DNA of 64,000 nt. It comes from a virus. How positions within the stretch are numbered: position 1 is the stretch's first letter; every line of letters starts with the position of its first letter. Shown one piece after another: positions 49,017 through 59,647 of this stretch. The DNA is taken from IMG/VR virus record IMGVR_UViG_3300031566_008582, one strand, 5' to 3'. Made by a program: the position numbers and the translations under genes. The notes under the pieces are model-generated. The model was not told where the DNA came from. It worked only from the letters and a program-made list of their open reading frames with translations, and did not search any database.

Positions 49017-52000
49017 ATGTCAAAAGCGATAGATGAACTGTCCACACCCTATCAAAACGATTTAATTCGAAATGCTATCATAACTAGTATAAAAGATCAA
49101 TTCCCCGTAGTCGGAAAGCACCATACTTTGAAGCTAGACTTATTACATTTAGATTTATCTAAGGTAGATGAGCTGGACCTTCCAGCACAAAAAGAAGCTA
49201 AATTAGCAGGAAAAGCCTGGACTGCTCCCTTATTGGGATCTTTTAGCTTAATTGATAATAATACTGGACAAATAATTGATAAAACTACCAAAATGAGAAT
49301 AGGAAATATTCCACAATTAACTAATAGATTTAGCACTGTTTTAAAAAAAGGGACTGAATATCAAACTGTTAATCAATTACGATTAAAGTCTGGAGTATAC
49401 ACAAGGCAACAGGCTACTGGTGAATTTGAGTCTAGATTTAATTTAGAAAAGGGATTTAATTTTAGATTATGGATGGATCCAGATAAGGGTATTTTTCTTT
49501 TAAATTTAGGAAATCAGAATTATAAACTATATTTAATATTACACGCACTTGGTGTTTCTGACTCCGTATTAATAAAGGCATGGGGCGAAAAAATATTTAG
49601 CTCAAACGCTAAACAAGGAACACATGGAATGGAGGCGTCTATTATTAATTTATTTGAAAAATTAATGCATGAGAAAACAGATTACTCTACAGCTTTAAAT
49701 GGTTTAAAAACTTATTTGAAGGAAACTAAAGTTTCTTCAGAAACAACTAAAATAACTTTAGGACAATCTTTTAGTACAGTGTCTACCGATACTTTAATAG
49801 CAACGTCCGAAAAATTACTTAAAGTTATGAAAGGGGAAGAGCCGCCAGATGAGCGTGACTCCCTTCTATTTAAAAAATTATTTCCTTTAGACGATTTAAT
49901 AAAAAACTATATGACAATGACTATGCCAAAAATAAAATCTAATTTACAATATAGAGCCGATTCTAAAAATAAAGTTAGAGATATTTTATCTTCAGAAACA
50001 TTTACTGATCCTATTTTACTTTTCTTTAATAAAAGTGAACTAACCTCTTCACCACCTCAAACTAACCCGGTAGAAATGTTAGGAGAGTGGAGAAAAACCA
50101 CGTTAATGGGAGAGGGCGGTATTCGATCTGTTCATGCTATTACAAATGAAGTAAGAGATATTCACGAAAGTCAGATGGGGTTTTTAGACCCAATTAACAC
50201 TCCAGAATCCAGTCGAATAGGTGTTACTTTACCTATTACTATTGGTACTACGAGAAGCAAAGGCGAAATGTACACTGATTTAATAAAATCAGATGGAAAA
50301 AGTATAACTGTTAGTCCTACAAATTTTCATGAAATGTTTGTCGGGTTGCCAGATCAATTTAGTTATAAAAATTTAATTCCTGTTCCACACGGATCCAAAG
50401 TAAAAGCTATACACAAAGGAAAAATTTCTGAAGTGTCAACAAATAAAATAGATGCCTGGATACCTAGTCCAGCACATATGTTTTCTTGGACTACTAACTT
50501 AATTCCTTTTTTAGCTAATAATGAAGGTGCTAGAGCAATGATGGGCACTAAAATGCTGCCCCAGGCTTTACCATTAAAAAATCCAGATTCTCCGTTTATT
50601 CAAACAAAAGTATTTGGTACACAAAGCTTTGAAAAAGCTATCGGAGAATTTGTTAACCCTCGTGCTACACAGACAGGAATAGTTAAATCTGTTACGGAAG
50701 ATTATGTTACAATAGATATCCCCGGACAACCTAAACCCAGAAAAATTGGCTTATTTAATAATTTTCCTTTAAATCAAGGAACATATTTACACTCTACACC
50801 TATAGTGGTTGTTGGCGATAAAGTAAAAACTGGCGACACGTTAGCAGTTAATAATTATCAAAAAGATGGCTTGTTGGCATTAGGTGCTAACGTAAACGTT
50901 GCTTATATGCCTTGGAAGGGATATAATTTTGAAGACTCCGCGGTAGTAACAGAATCTTTGGCTGAAAAATTTACATCTGTTGCTATAGTACGAGAAAGGA
51001 TTTCTACTTCTCCTCAAGGCGTTTTAAGTAAAAAAGTATTTAGAGTTGCTTTTCCCGATATATTATTACACGGTTTAGAGGACAAATTAGACGATTCAGG
51101 AATTATAAAAGTTGGTGAAACTGTAAATCCTAATGATGTTTTAATTGCTTATATGGAACGTAGGGATTTAACTGATGAAGAAAAAATTCTTAAGCAGATG
51201 AACAAAGTAATGTCTAGTCCATATATTAACAGATCTTTAGTATGGAGCCATGAAACGTCTGGAAAAATTTTGTATGTCAATAAAATTGGTAAACAAATCA
51301 TGGTACATATAAAAACCGAAACGCCCATGGTTGTTGGAGATAAGGTGGCTGGAAGACACGGTAATAAGATGATTGTTTCAAAAATTATTCCTGATGATGA
51401 GGCTCCACACACTTTAACTGGAAAACGTATAGACTTAATGATTAATCCTCACGGTGTTCCAGGACGAATGAATATTGGACAATTATTAGAAACTGCCTAT
51501 GGAAAAATATCTGATAAAACTAAGCAGTCTGTCAGAATAGAAAATTTTTCTAATGAAGATCATCTGGATAAATTAAAAAAAGAATTTAAAAAATATAATT
51601 TGCACTTTAACGAAGTTCTACTAGATGGTAAAGATGGTAAGCCTTTTGAAAACCCAATTTTTACCGGTAACCAATATATGATGAAATTAAAACAAGTAGT
51701 GGAACATAAATTAAAAGCAAGAGATTATGGATCATACACTGTGGACCAACAACCAGGTAAAGGAGAAAAGGGCGGACAAAAAATGGATCCCTTAACTACC
51801 TATGTAATGCTGGCTCATGGTGCGAAAGAAAATCTTAGAGAGGCCTCTATAATAAAAGGCCAAAAGAATGACGAGATATGGAGAGCTTTACAACTAGGAC
51901 TCCCTTTACCTCCGCCCAAAGTTAACTTCGCTTTTGATAAACTATTAACTTATTTAAAATCAGCAGGAGTTGATACACGAAAAGACGGTCACACATTAAC

Positions 52001-55000
52001 GCTAACACCCTTCTTAGATTCTGATGTAAAAAATATTTCTTCTGGTAAATTATCGGATCCTGGCCATATGTTGGTAGGTAAGAATTTGACTTCTATAAAA
52101 GGCGGTCTATTTGATGAAGATATCACTGGCGGTAAAAGTGGAAAAAAATGGAGCCATATTAAATTAGAAGAAAAAATGCCGCACCCTATATATGAGTCTG
52201 CTATCATCAGCATTTTAAAATATACAAAACCACAATTTGAAAAAACCCTAGATAGTCCAGACGGTAATAAAGAAATTGAAAAAGCTTTATCTCAAATTAA
52301 TATAGATGATGAAATTAAAAAATCAACTAAAGAGTTATTAGGGGTTCCTGATGTAAAAGTTAATAGTATTAATAAAAGGATTAGATTTTTACAGGCATTG
52401 AAAAAAAATAATTTAAAACCTACAGACTATATGATTCAATATTTTCCAATTATGCCTCCTCTATTTAGACCTGTATATCCTTTACCTGATGGTACTTTAG
52501 TGACGTCTCCAATTAACGCACACTATCGTGATCTTGGTGAGATTAATGATGCCTTGAAAACGTACAAAAATTTGGGACCGGAAGTATATAAAGAATTTTC
52601 TACAAAAACTAAAAAAGATTTGTATCGTACTTTAAAAGAAACTGTTGGTCTTATAGATGTAACTAGGCCTGGAATGGCAAATAAGTATGAAGGGCTCATA
52701 AAAACTTTAGTAGGTACTACTCCTAAAGCAGGGTTTGTTCAAAATAAAGCGTGGGCAAAAAGACAAGACTTTTCTGCCAGATCAACTATTACTTTAGAGC
52801 CATCGTTGGGGTTAGACGAAGTTGGAATTCCTTATGATATGGCTAAAATATTATATAAACCTTTTATTGTACAAGAATTAGTAAAACAAGGCCTTCCAGC
52901 TATAAGGGCATTAGATGAAATAAAAGCAGAAAGTTTGATTGCCCGTACGGCCCTTATTCAGGCAATGAATAAGAGACCCATATTATTAAATAGGGCCCCT
53001 TCATTGCATAAGCACGGGGTGCAGGCTTTTAAACCTATATTAATGGTTGGTAAATCTATTAGAATAAATCCATTAGTAGTGTCCGGGTTTAATGCCGATT
53101 TCGATGGAGACACAATGTCGGTGCATCTTCCAATAACTACCAAAGCAGTAGACGAGGCTAACAATATGGTTCCGTCTAAAAATGTTTTCGGAACAGGTTC
53201 TAAACTAAATATACCAGTTAAATCTTTTAGTCAAGACTATATGCTGGGTTTATGGCATTTAACTCGTGATCAGGCAGATTCTAAAAAGAAATTTAATTCA
53301 ATAGCGGAAGCCAAAGGCGCTGGTTTAAAAATAGCTGAAACATTTGAACTTGCAGGAATAGGAAAAACCACTCTAGGAAGAATTGCGGTCAATGAGATGC
53401 TGCCACAAAAATATAGAAATTATAGTAGAATAATGACACATAAAGCGTTAACAATACTAATGACTCTTATAGCACAAGAATCACCTACTGATTACGCCAC
53501 CATAATTGATTCATTAAAAGATCTGGGGAATCAGTATGGGCATAGATACGGAGCAACTGTTTCTTTAACTGATGTTGATGTTGATAAAACGTTTAAAGAA
53601 AAAGCTATAAAATTTGGCAAGAAAAAAGAAAAATCTTCGTGGAACAAAAACGAAAGAGCCGATTATTGGCAAAAAATGACAGAACAAATAAATCAAAAAA
53701 CTTTTGATAGTTTAGCAAATAAAAATAATTCACTTATGCATATGTTAGATTCCGGCTCAATAGGAAAAAAAGGAAACATTGCCCAAATATTGTCTATGGG
53801 CGGAGTCAAAACAGACATTAGAAATGAACCGTTGGAGCGACCGTTCGTAAAATCCTGGACTGAAGGCCAAGACATGGCTGATTATTGGGAGGGCTTGTAT
53901 AGTTCAAGAAAAGGTATTGTTGATAGAACTATCAACACCGCGGACTCAGGGGCATTAAACAAAGCTTTACTTGGAGCTATAAGAGACGTATTAATTACAG
54001 ACGATGATTGTGAAACAACAGAAGGAATAAAGCTCAGTATTGACGATCCGGACATAGTAGACCGTTTTCTTTTACACGCTATTCCAGGAGTTGGGGCTAA
54101 AAATGAATTAGCAACTCAAGCATCAATCGCTAAAGCAAAACTAAAAAATATAAAAGAAATAGAAGTTAGGTCACCCTTAACTTGTCGAGAAGATTATGGA
54201 ATTTGTCAACTTTGTTATGGATTGATGAGTAATGGTAAAATTCCTCCTCTGGGAACTAATGTAGGAATTTTAGATGGTCAGGCAGTTACAGAAAGATCTA
54301 CACAACTGACAATGCAAACCTTCCACACTGGTGGAGCTAGGGGTACTGGAATTATGGAAAAATTCCCCAGACTTGAACAGCTCTTAAAAGTTCCCAAAAT
54401 TGTCAAAGGCAAAGCTATTTTAGCAAGTAAGTCTGGAATAGTAGAAAGCATAGATAAAAGCCCAATTGGTGGTTGGGATGTAGTTATAAACGGAACGCAC
54501 CACAGAGTACCATTAAATTTAAATTTAGTTGTTAAAAAAGGACAAAAAATTACAGTTGGAGATCAAATTTCAGAAGGTGTTATAAAACCTCAAGAACTAG
54601 CTACTTTAAAAGATTTTCGTTCAGCTCAATTACAAATGGTAAAAGATTTTGACAATGTATATAACGGAGATTTTCATAAACGTACTTTCGAAACCGTAGT
54701 ACGCGGTATTTCTAATAACGCAGAAATCACATTGGCACCGGCTTCTACTGGATTTTTAAGAGGTGATTTAGATAAAATTTCTAGAATTAATTCTATTAAT
54801 GAAGATAGGGTAAAAAATAAATTACCGTTAATCGAGTATCGGCCATATTTTAGATCTATAAGTATGCTTCCAAGCGATCAACAAGACTGGCTTTCAAGAC
54901 TAACTACTGAAAGATTAAAACAGACAATTACTGAAGGCGCGGCTTCCGGCATGGCGACCAATATTAAAGGCAGAGACCCGCTACCAGCATATATTTATGG

Positions 55001-55049
55001 ATTGGAGTTTGCTAAAGATTTTGATCCTAAAAGAGGACAGTTCTATTAA
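49017..55049 (+). CDS. rpoBC: DNA-directed RNA polymerase, fused beta-beta' subunits
   Basis: Beta: EVRDIH..GFLDPINTPE, GDKVAGRHGNK, NPHGVPGRMNIGQ; beta': LLNRAPSLH, NADFDGD, TQLTMQTFHTGG; no internal stop. Confidence 0.95.
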   Translation: MSKAIDELSTPYQNDLIRNAIITSIKDQFPVVGKHHTLKLDLLHLDLSKVDELDLPAQKEAKLAGKAWTAPLLGSFSLIDNNTGQIIDKTTKMRIGNIPQLTNRFSTVLKKGTEYQTVNQLRLKSGVYTRQQATGEFESRFNLEKGFNFRLWMDPDKGIFLLNLGNQNYKLYLILHALGVSDSVLIKAWGEKIFSSNAKQGTHGMEASIINLFEKLMHEKTDYSTALNGLKTYLKETKVSSETTKITLGQSFSTVSTDTLIATSEKLLKVMKGEEPPDERDSLLFKKLFPLDDLIKNYMTMTMPKIKSNLQYRADSKNKVRDILSSETFTDPILLFFNKSELTSSPPQTNPVEMLGEWRKTTLMGEGGIRSVHAITNEVRDIHESQMGFLDPINTPESSRIGVTLPITIGTTRSKGEMYTDLIKSDGKSITVSPTNFHEMFVGLPDQFSYKNLIPVPHGSKVKAIHKGKISEVSTNKIDAWIPSPAHMFSWTTNLIPFLANNEGARAMMGTKMLPQALPLKNPDSPFIQTKVFGTQSFEKAIGEFVNPRATQTGIVKSVTEDYVTIDIPGQPKPRKIGLFNNFPLNQGTYLHSTPIVVVGDKVKTGDTLAVNNYQKDGLLALGANVNVAYMPWKGYNFEDSAVVTESLAEKFTSVAIVRERISTSPQGVLSKKVFRVAFPDILLHGLEDKLDDSGIIKVGETVNPNDVLIAYMERRDLTDEEKILKQMNKVMSSPYINRSLVWSHETSGKILYVNKIGKQIMVHIKTETPMVVGDKVAGRHGNKMIVSKIIPDDEAPHTLTGKRIDLMINPHGVPGRMNIGQLLETAYGKISDKTKQSVRIENFSNEDHLDKLKKEFKKYNLHFNEVLLDGKDGKPFENPIFTGNQYMMKLKQVVEHKLKARDYGSYTVDQQPGKGEKGGQKMDPLTTYVMLAHGAKENLREASIIKGQKNDEIWRALQLGLPLPPPKVNFAFDKLLTYLKSAGVDTRKDGHTLTLTPFLDSDVKNISSGKLSDPGHMLVGKNLTSIKGGLFDEDITGGKSGKKWSHIKLEEKMPHPIYESAIISILKYTKPQFEKTLDSPDGNKEIEKALSQINIDDEIKKSTKELLGVPDVKVNSINKRIRFLQALKKNNLKPTDYMIQYFPIMPPLFRPVYPLPDGTLVTSPINAHYRDLGEINDALKTYKNLGPEVYKEFSTKTKKDLYRTLKETVGLIDVTRPGMANKYEGLIKTLVGTTPKAGFVQNKAWAKRQDFSARSTITLEPSLGLDEVGIPYDMAKILYKPFIVQELVKQGLPAIRALDEIKAESLIARTALIQAMNKRPILLNRAPSLHKHGVQAFKPILMVGKSIRINPLVVSGFNADFDGDTMSVHLPITTKAVDEANNMVPSKNVFGTGSKLNIPVKSFSQDYMLGLWHLTRDQADSKKKFNSIAEAKGAGLKIAETFELAGIGKTTLGRIAVNEMLPQKYRNYSRIMTHKALTILMTLIAQESPTDYATIIDSLKDLGNQYGHRYGATVSLTDVDVDKTFKEKAIKFGKKKEKSSWNKNERADYWQKMTEQINQKTFDSLANKNNSLMHMLDSGSIGKKGNIAQILSMGGVKTDIRNEPLERPFVKSWTEGQDMADYWEGLYSSRKGIVDRTINTADSGALNKALLGAIRDVLITDDDCETTEGIKLSIDDPDIVDRFLLHAIPGVGAKNELATQASIAKAKLKNIKEIEVRSPLTCREDYGICQLCYGLMSNGKIPPLGTNVGILDGQAVTERSTQLTMQTFHTGGARGTGIMEKFPRLEQLLKVPKIVKGKAILASKSGIVESIDKSPIGGWDVVINGTHHRVPLNLNLVVKKGQKITVGDQISEGVIKPQELATLKDFRSAQLQMVKDFDNVYNGDFHKRTFETVVRGISNNAEITLAPASTGFLRGDLDKISRINSINEDRVKNKLPLIEYRPYFRSISMLPSDQQDWLSRLTTERLKQTITEGAASGMATNIKGRDPLPAYIYGLEFAKDFDPKRGQFY

Positions 55050-55096
55050 AATAATATAAAGAAACCAGCAGCAATATCTGGCTTCTTTGTACCATT

Positions 55097-55231
55097 TTAT
55101 CTTTGTTTGTGTAATATTTTGCTCACGTCCTTGTCCCAATTTCCCAGTTTTTCTTTTTCGAACACTTTTTGTATTGGTTTGTCTTGTTTGTCTTGCTTTT
55201 TAGTTGTGTTCGATTTCGTGGCGGTGCTCAT
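55097..55231 (-). CDS. Small basic protein, 44 aa (not in ORF track)
   Basis: AAAGGAGGTG SD and TGGTATAAG motif upstream; MSTATKSNTTKKQDK... Confidence 0.6.
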   Translation of the reverse strand: MSTATKSNTTKKQDKQDKPIQKVFEKEKLGNWDKDVSKILHKQR

Positions 55232-55251
55232 AACCTACACCTCCTTTCTAT

Positions 55252-55914
55252 ATGTCCTTATACCATTATCTAAAAATGAAATTTATAGAAAAATTTGGTT
55301 GGCATAAGCGAAGTAAAAAACTTCAAAGATCAGGAAACAATTTACAGCACGAAGGTCTAATTATAGCTAATCAATTAATCGATAGCCTCACTTTACCTAA
55401 ATCAAAAATATTATTGGGTGGGCAACTAACTCATACACAGTTGGCCACAAAGTTATTAGAACTACAGATAGAAACCTCTTCTCAAAATATTTTAAAAAGT
55501 GGCACAGCTTTAGCCAAGAAAATATTACTAAAATTACAGCCTGATAAATTTACAATTACCAGATTTTTAAAATCTTTGAACCTAGAATTTAAACAAGATG
55601 ATTGGGAAATAGCTATTAGTTATGTGCAAGATCCTCACAGTATTGCCCAAAGAGCCTGGGTAAGAGATTTTTTATTAAATGAAATTGGGCCTGCTCACAT
55701 TGCTAAACTTTCTACTTTGATTAGAGCTGGAATAAGAACAGACAGTGCGTTCGCAGAAATATTAAAAAATTGGGTACCGGACAATATGGCGTTACAAAGA
55801 CTAGTTAGTTTTCAACTACACGACCCTTTAGATAAACCTTTAGTTAAATTAGAAATAATTAATAAAGATAAAACATTTTTTATATATGAAAATGGAAAAT
55901 GGGTAAAAAAATAG
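55252..55914 (+). CDS. Hypothetical protein (start possibly 55276)
   Basis: 220-aa ORF ending at terminator. Confidence 0.65.
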   Translation: MSLYHYLKMKFIEKFGWHKRSKKLQRSGNNLQHEGLIIANQLIDSLTLPKSKILLGGQLTHTQLATKLLELQIETSSQNILKSGTALAKKILLKLQPDKFTITRFLKSLNLEFKQDDWEIAISYVQDPHSIAQRAWVRDFLLNEIGPAHIAKLSTLIRAGIRTDSAFAEILKNWVPDNMALQRLVSFQLHDPLDKPLVKLEIINKDKTFFIYENGKWVKK

Positions 55915-55937
55915 CCTCCAAATACGGAGGCTATTTT
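55908..55937. terminator. Bidirectional terminator
   Basis: AAAATAGCCTCC-AAATAC-GGAGGCTATTTT. Confidence 0.8.
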
Positions 55938-55940
55938 ATT

Positions 55941-57047
55941 TTAAACTAGTTCACCAGAATCTTTGTCACTTGTTAAAACTTTATTTACTGGAAGATAGGA
56001 CTGTAAAGTACAAATTAGGTCTTCTCTATTTTTACAATATTTTGTCTTCCCTGAAACAGTTATTGGGTAATTTTTAGAAATTTGATCTAGACATGTTACT
56101 ACTAGGTATTTATTATCACAGTCTTTCGAAAAGACATAATCAATTTCTAGCGCATAAAATAACAAGTCTATATCCAAAACTCTTGTCCTAAAATTACCTT
56201 GGAACGTATTAGTTACATTAGTTTCTTTTTCATTGTTTACTAATGGTGGGGCAGTATTTTCGTTAGTCATAGGACCTTTACCATGCCTTGTTTGATAACA
56301 GCGCGTAACATAATAAATACTTGTTATTCCTCCGCCAGCCATAGCTAAAGCGTCCTTACTAGTAGTATTGCTTCTAGTAACATATGGAAAAAATCCGTGA
56401 TCTTTATCAAGAAGTAGTCCTTGGGCTCCCTCATAAATAACATTATATTTATTTATGGGTAATTCACAAATTGGACCAATACTTGGTAATTTTAATAATA
56501 GCTTAATATTATTAACAAATGAAACAATAGCCTGTTTGTTAGTAACTTTGTAGTAATCGGCTATGTTTTCTAGTTTTATTTTTAAAACTTGTTCATGATA
56601 AAGATCTATAAAATGTAACTTATAGTGGTCTTCTTGCCGTTGAAGAGTTGATCCAAAACCCACACCTACTGATCCATGTATAGCCGTCTTCATATTATGG
56701 TCTATGTCGAAAGGCGTAGTAACAGGAGAAAGAACATTGATATATAATTGTGGAGTAAGTCCTTTCTGACATAATATATTATATTCATACAACAAAGCAG
56801 TTGGGTACACAGTACATTGTGGTCCCCAATAGGTTGGAATGTTGTGTAAAGTCCCTGAGCCAAAGGATGAAAATACATGACGTATATTATTTTTGACTAC
56901 AGTATGACCGACCTGATGACCCCCATTAAACCTTACAACCATAGTATTTTTTGGATCTAGTTGAGAAGCAAGAAAAGACACTACACGTCCTTTGCCTTCG
57001 TCTCCAAAACCTGCACCAATAACAATTTTACTGGTTTTCATAAACAC
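55941..57047 (-). CDS. purA: Adenylosuccinate synthetase-like protein
   Basis: GAGFGDEGKG, RFNGGHQVGHT, EGAQGLLLD, FPYVTRSNT; shorter than canonical PurA. Confidence 0.8.
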   Translation of the reverse strand: MFMKTSKIVIGAGFGDEGKGRVVSFLASQLDPKNTMVVRFNGGHQVGHTVVKNNIRHVFSSFGSGTLHNIPTYWGPQCTVYPTALLYEYNILCQKGLTPQLYINVLSPVTTPFDIDHNMKTAIHGSVGVGFGSTLQRQEDHYKLHFIDLYHEQVLKIKLENIADYYKVTNKQAIVSFVNNIKLLLKLPSIGPICELPINKYNVIYEGAQGLLLDKDHGFFPYVTRSNTTSKDALAMAGGGITSIYYVTRCYQTRHGKGPMTNENTAPPLVNNEKETNVTNTFQGNFRTRVLDIDLLFYALEIDYVFSKDCDNKYLVVTCLDQISKNYPITVSGKTKYCKNREDLICTLQSYLPVNKVLTSDKDSGELV

Positions 57048-57910
57048 GTATCTGAATCTTTGGCCGGCTCTGGAACTAGTTTCTCCGTAACTGTGGTGTC
57101 AGGTTTAACGCTTAACACGGAAAGAATCGTGTCCGAAATTAATTTTGGAATTTCAGTATGATCATGTGTTACAATCAGATTTTGACCTAGCAACTGTTTC
57201 CATTTTGAATCAACGTGCCTATCATTATGATCTACATGAATATGGAACACATTATTTTGTTCTTGAGCTTTTTTTAATAGTTGTTCCATAGTATATGTTC
57301 CCTGGCCAACAGTGTAATCTCCCATAATGCCTTGAAGTGCGGATAATGGAAGATGGCCCAGACAAGGCTCGTCACCTACTGTAAATACAAAACCTTTCTT
57401 TTGACGTTTGGTAAACGAATCAAGATGAGTGTGGTTGCCAGCAAAATACCATGCCAATAGATAACTTTCCCCAGCATTACCGCCCCCACCGCCTTCTAAC
57501 CAGGTTCGCTCCAACCACATATCAAGTTCAGCATCTCCAGATTCAAATTGTCCGATTTGTAGCGGCGCATCATCACATTCATGATCACCTATTGCCCCAA
57601 ACATTAACGTTACATCTGGAACTCCGTTTTGAATAAGAGCCCCAATAAGTGTTGGTAGGCCATTTTTTATCATTTCGTGCGGCATGTCACCCATACTGCC
57701 AGTAACGTCTAAATACAGTTGAACTGGAACAGTGTTTGGATGCTCATTGGAATCACAAGCCTCTCGCTTATTAATCCCTTTCGGATTCATATCTTTGTGT
57801 ATTTTGGCAATCAAGTTTTGTTTAAATATTTCATCTCGAGACTTATAGTGGTATCCTGCGGTCATCGCCCGAACGCTGCGATTTGGTTCTGAATAACTTG
57901 AATTTCCCAT
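57038..57910 (-). CDS. vWA domain protein
   Basis: LDVTGSMG MIDAS, GGGGNAGESY, FTVGDE; start taken at MGNSSYS. Confidence 0.8.
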   Translation of the reverse strand: MGNSSYSEPNRSVRAMTAGYHYKSRDEIFKQNLIAKIHKDMNPKGINKREACDSNEHPNTVPVQLYLDVTGSMGDMPHEMIKNGLPTLIGALIQNGVPDVTLMFGAIGDHECDDAPLQIGQFESGDAELDMWLERTWLEGGGGGNAGESYLLAWYFAGNHTHLDSFTKRQKKGFVFTVGDEPCLGHLPLSALQGIMGDYTVGQGTYTMEQLLKKAQEQNNVFHIHVDHNDRHVDSKWKQLLGQNLIVTHDHTEIPKLISDTILSVLSVKPDTTVTEKLVPEPAKDSDTCL

Positions 57911-57911
57911 A

Positions 57912-58271
57912 TTACTCGTTCCCCCCAAACAGATGAACATATCTGTTTTTTGATATTTCAAGTTTTATTTCCAGGTTACGCAGTCTTATGCCAATTTCTA
58001 CATCTTTGTCAACAAATTCACGACCATTAAAATCCGACGCTACTTTTAAAGATGTAATATTGTCCGGGCTCATATCTAACATATTTTCCCGATCACGTTT
58101 AAGTTGCTTGATTTCAATTTCGGTATCTTCAATCTGGCGTTTATACACCATTTGTGCGCTTTCCTGTATTGAAAGTGCCCGGTCTCGACGAATTTTTGGG
58201 GCTGTTCTTATTAAAGATTCGAAAAAAGCTCCTTTTATTTCGTCTGCTTTGATTTGCTCATTTTCTGGCAT
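57912..58271 (-). CDS. Coiled-coil hypothetical protein
   Basis: 119 aa, coupled to vWA. Confidence 0.7.
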   Translation of the reverse strand: MPENEQIKADEIKGAFFESLIRTAPKIRRDRALSIQESAQMVYKRQIEDTEIEIKQLKRDRENMLDMSPDNITSLKVASDFNGREFVDKDVEIGIRLRNLEIKLEISKNRYVHLFGGNE

Positions 58272-58441
58272 ATGCTTTCCTTTTATTAAATTTTTATTAA
58301 AAGAGAGAACAGCTCCCAGGCACGTGCTTAATAGCCGTCTTTATTTGTTCCCAGGACTGCCCGATGATCAACTCGGTGGTCTCATCTAGCTAGTTATGAG
58401 ACAACTGTTCTCCCGTAAGTTTCTCTATTGATAAACTTTAT

Positions 58442-59647
58442 TTATTTGTTGCCACCTGTTGGCAATTTTAAACTTAAACTTAAATCTTGGGCAGTTTTTG
58501 CGGATAGCATATCAATTAGTTGTTGAGCACCGCCTCCAGCAATATTACCACTACCATCTTTTCCTGCCATAACAATTTGAGGCACCCAATTTCCTTGATA
58601 TTTAGAAATAGCGTCGGCGTATATCTTATTAACTTCAACCCAGGCTTCCAATTTTTTATCCAGGGCTCCGTCAGCACTCATAACTAATTGTTTTCTTTGA
58701 GCTTCACCTTGACCTAGTAATATTTCTTTTTGCTTAGTAAACTCAGCAGCTTCTTTTTCAAGTTTAGAAACATCTCTTCTCATTTCAGCTTCGGTAACTT
58801 TTTGAGCTTTAATTGTTTCTTGTTCCCATTTAGCTTGCATAGCTGTAGCTTTACCTTTTTGTTCTACGGTATAGGCTTCCTGTTCAGATTCTTTGGCTCT
58901 AGCTATTGCTGTTTGAACCGCCATAATGGCTTTTTGTTGTTCTTCAATTTGAAGTTCAACGCGGTCATCATAAGAAACATCATTAATAGTTAAGTTTGAA
59001 GTACCTATACTAAAATTATGAATAGGGGAAATTTCCTGACGGGATTTTCCTCCAGGTGAGTTTGGGTCTGAAATAATTTCGACAACTTGCAGCGTACGAG
59101 TTTCGTTCGTCATAGGGTCTGTAGTCTTCCTATCTTGACTAGTAGTACGATATACGCCATTTTCTAATTGATCTTCAATTAAATTCAGTAAATAGCTTCT
59201 TTTTTCAGAATAGGACTCTTTAGCGGACATCAACGGCCCTGTCATATAAACGCATTTTTCAATACTTGTGCGTATCAATTCTTGTTCTAAAGCGGCCTGG
59301 CTACCGAAAGCTTTGTGGATTTTAATTATTTCTTCATCTGCTAAAGGCATATTTAATAAAAACATTCCAGAAATCGTAGCATGCGACCCATCTTGAAATC
59401 TTATTTTAATTGATTGGTCTAAAGCGGACCCTTGGTCATCGGCATTGGAAAACCAGTAAGGAAATACTCTTTTATATTTTGTTACTGTGCCTAAATTTTG
59501 ATATTTAAGACCGGGAGTAGTGTAGACATGAAGTTCTCCGTCGACAGGGTCTTGTATAACCATACTTTCATCGGCAGCGAGATTTTCAAATAAACTACCC
59601 CAGGCAGCAATTACTAAAACAATTGCCAGTATCGCCAGGATACCCAT
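58442..59647 (-). CDS. SPFH/band-7 membrane protein
   Basis: N-terminal TM, IKIRFQDGSHATISG, LTINDVSYD, C-terminal AxA coiled coil. Confidence 0.8.
   Translation of the reverse strand: MGILAILAIVLVIAAWGSLFENLAADESMVIQDPVDGELHVYTTPGLKYQNLGTVTKYKRVFPYWFSNADDQGSALDQSIKIRFQDGSHATISGMFLLNMPLADEEIIKIHKAFGSQAALEQELIRTSIEKCVYMTGPLMSAKESYSEKRSYLLNLIEDQLENGVYRTTSQDRKTTDPMTNETRTLQVVEIISDPNSPGGKSRQEISPIHNFSIGTSNLTINDVSYDDRVELQIEEQQKAIMAVQTAIARAKESEQEAYTVEQKGKATAMQAKWEQETIKAQKVTEAEMRRDVSKLEKEAAEFTKQKEILLGQGEAQRKQLVMSADGALDKKLEAWVEVNKIYADAISKYQGNWVPQIVMAGKDGSGNIAGGGAQQLIDMLSAKTAQDLSLSLKLPTGGNK

Noticed and set aside
55107-55307. 66-aa plus-strand ORF from the track
   Set aside because: Antisense shadow of the 55097-55231 ORF, which has strong SD and promoter motifs
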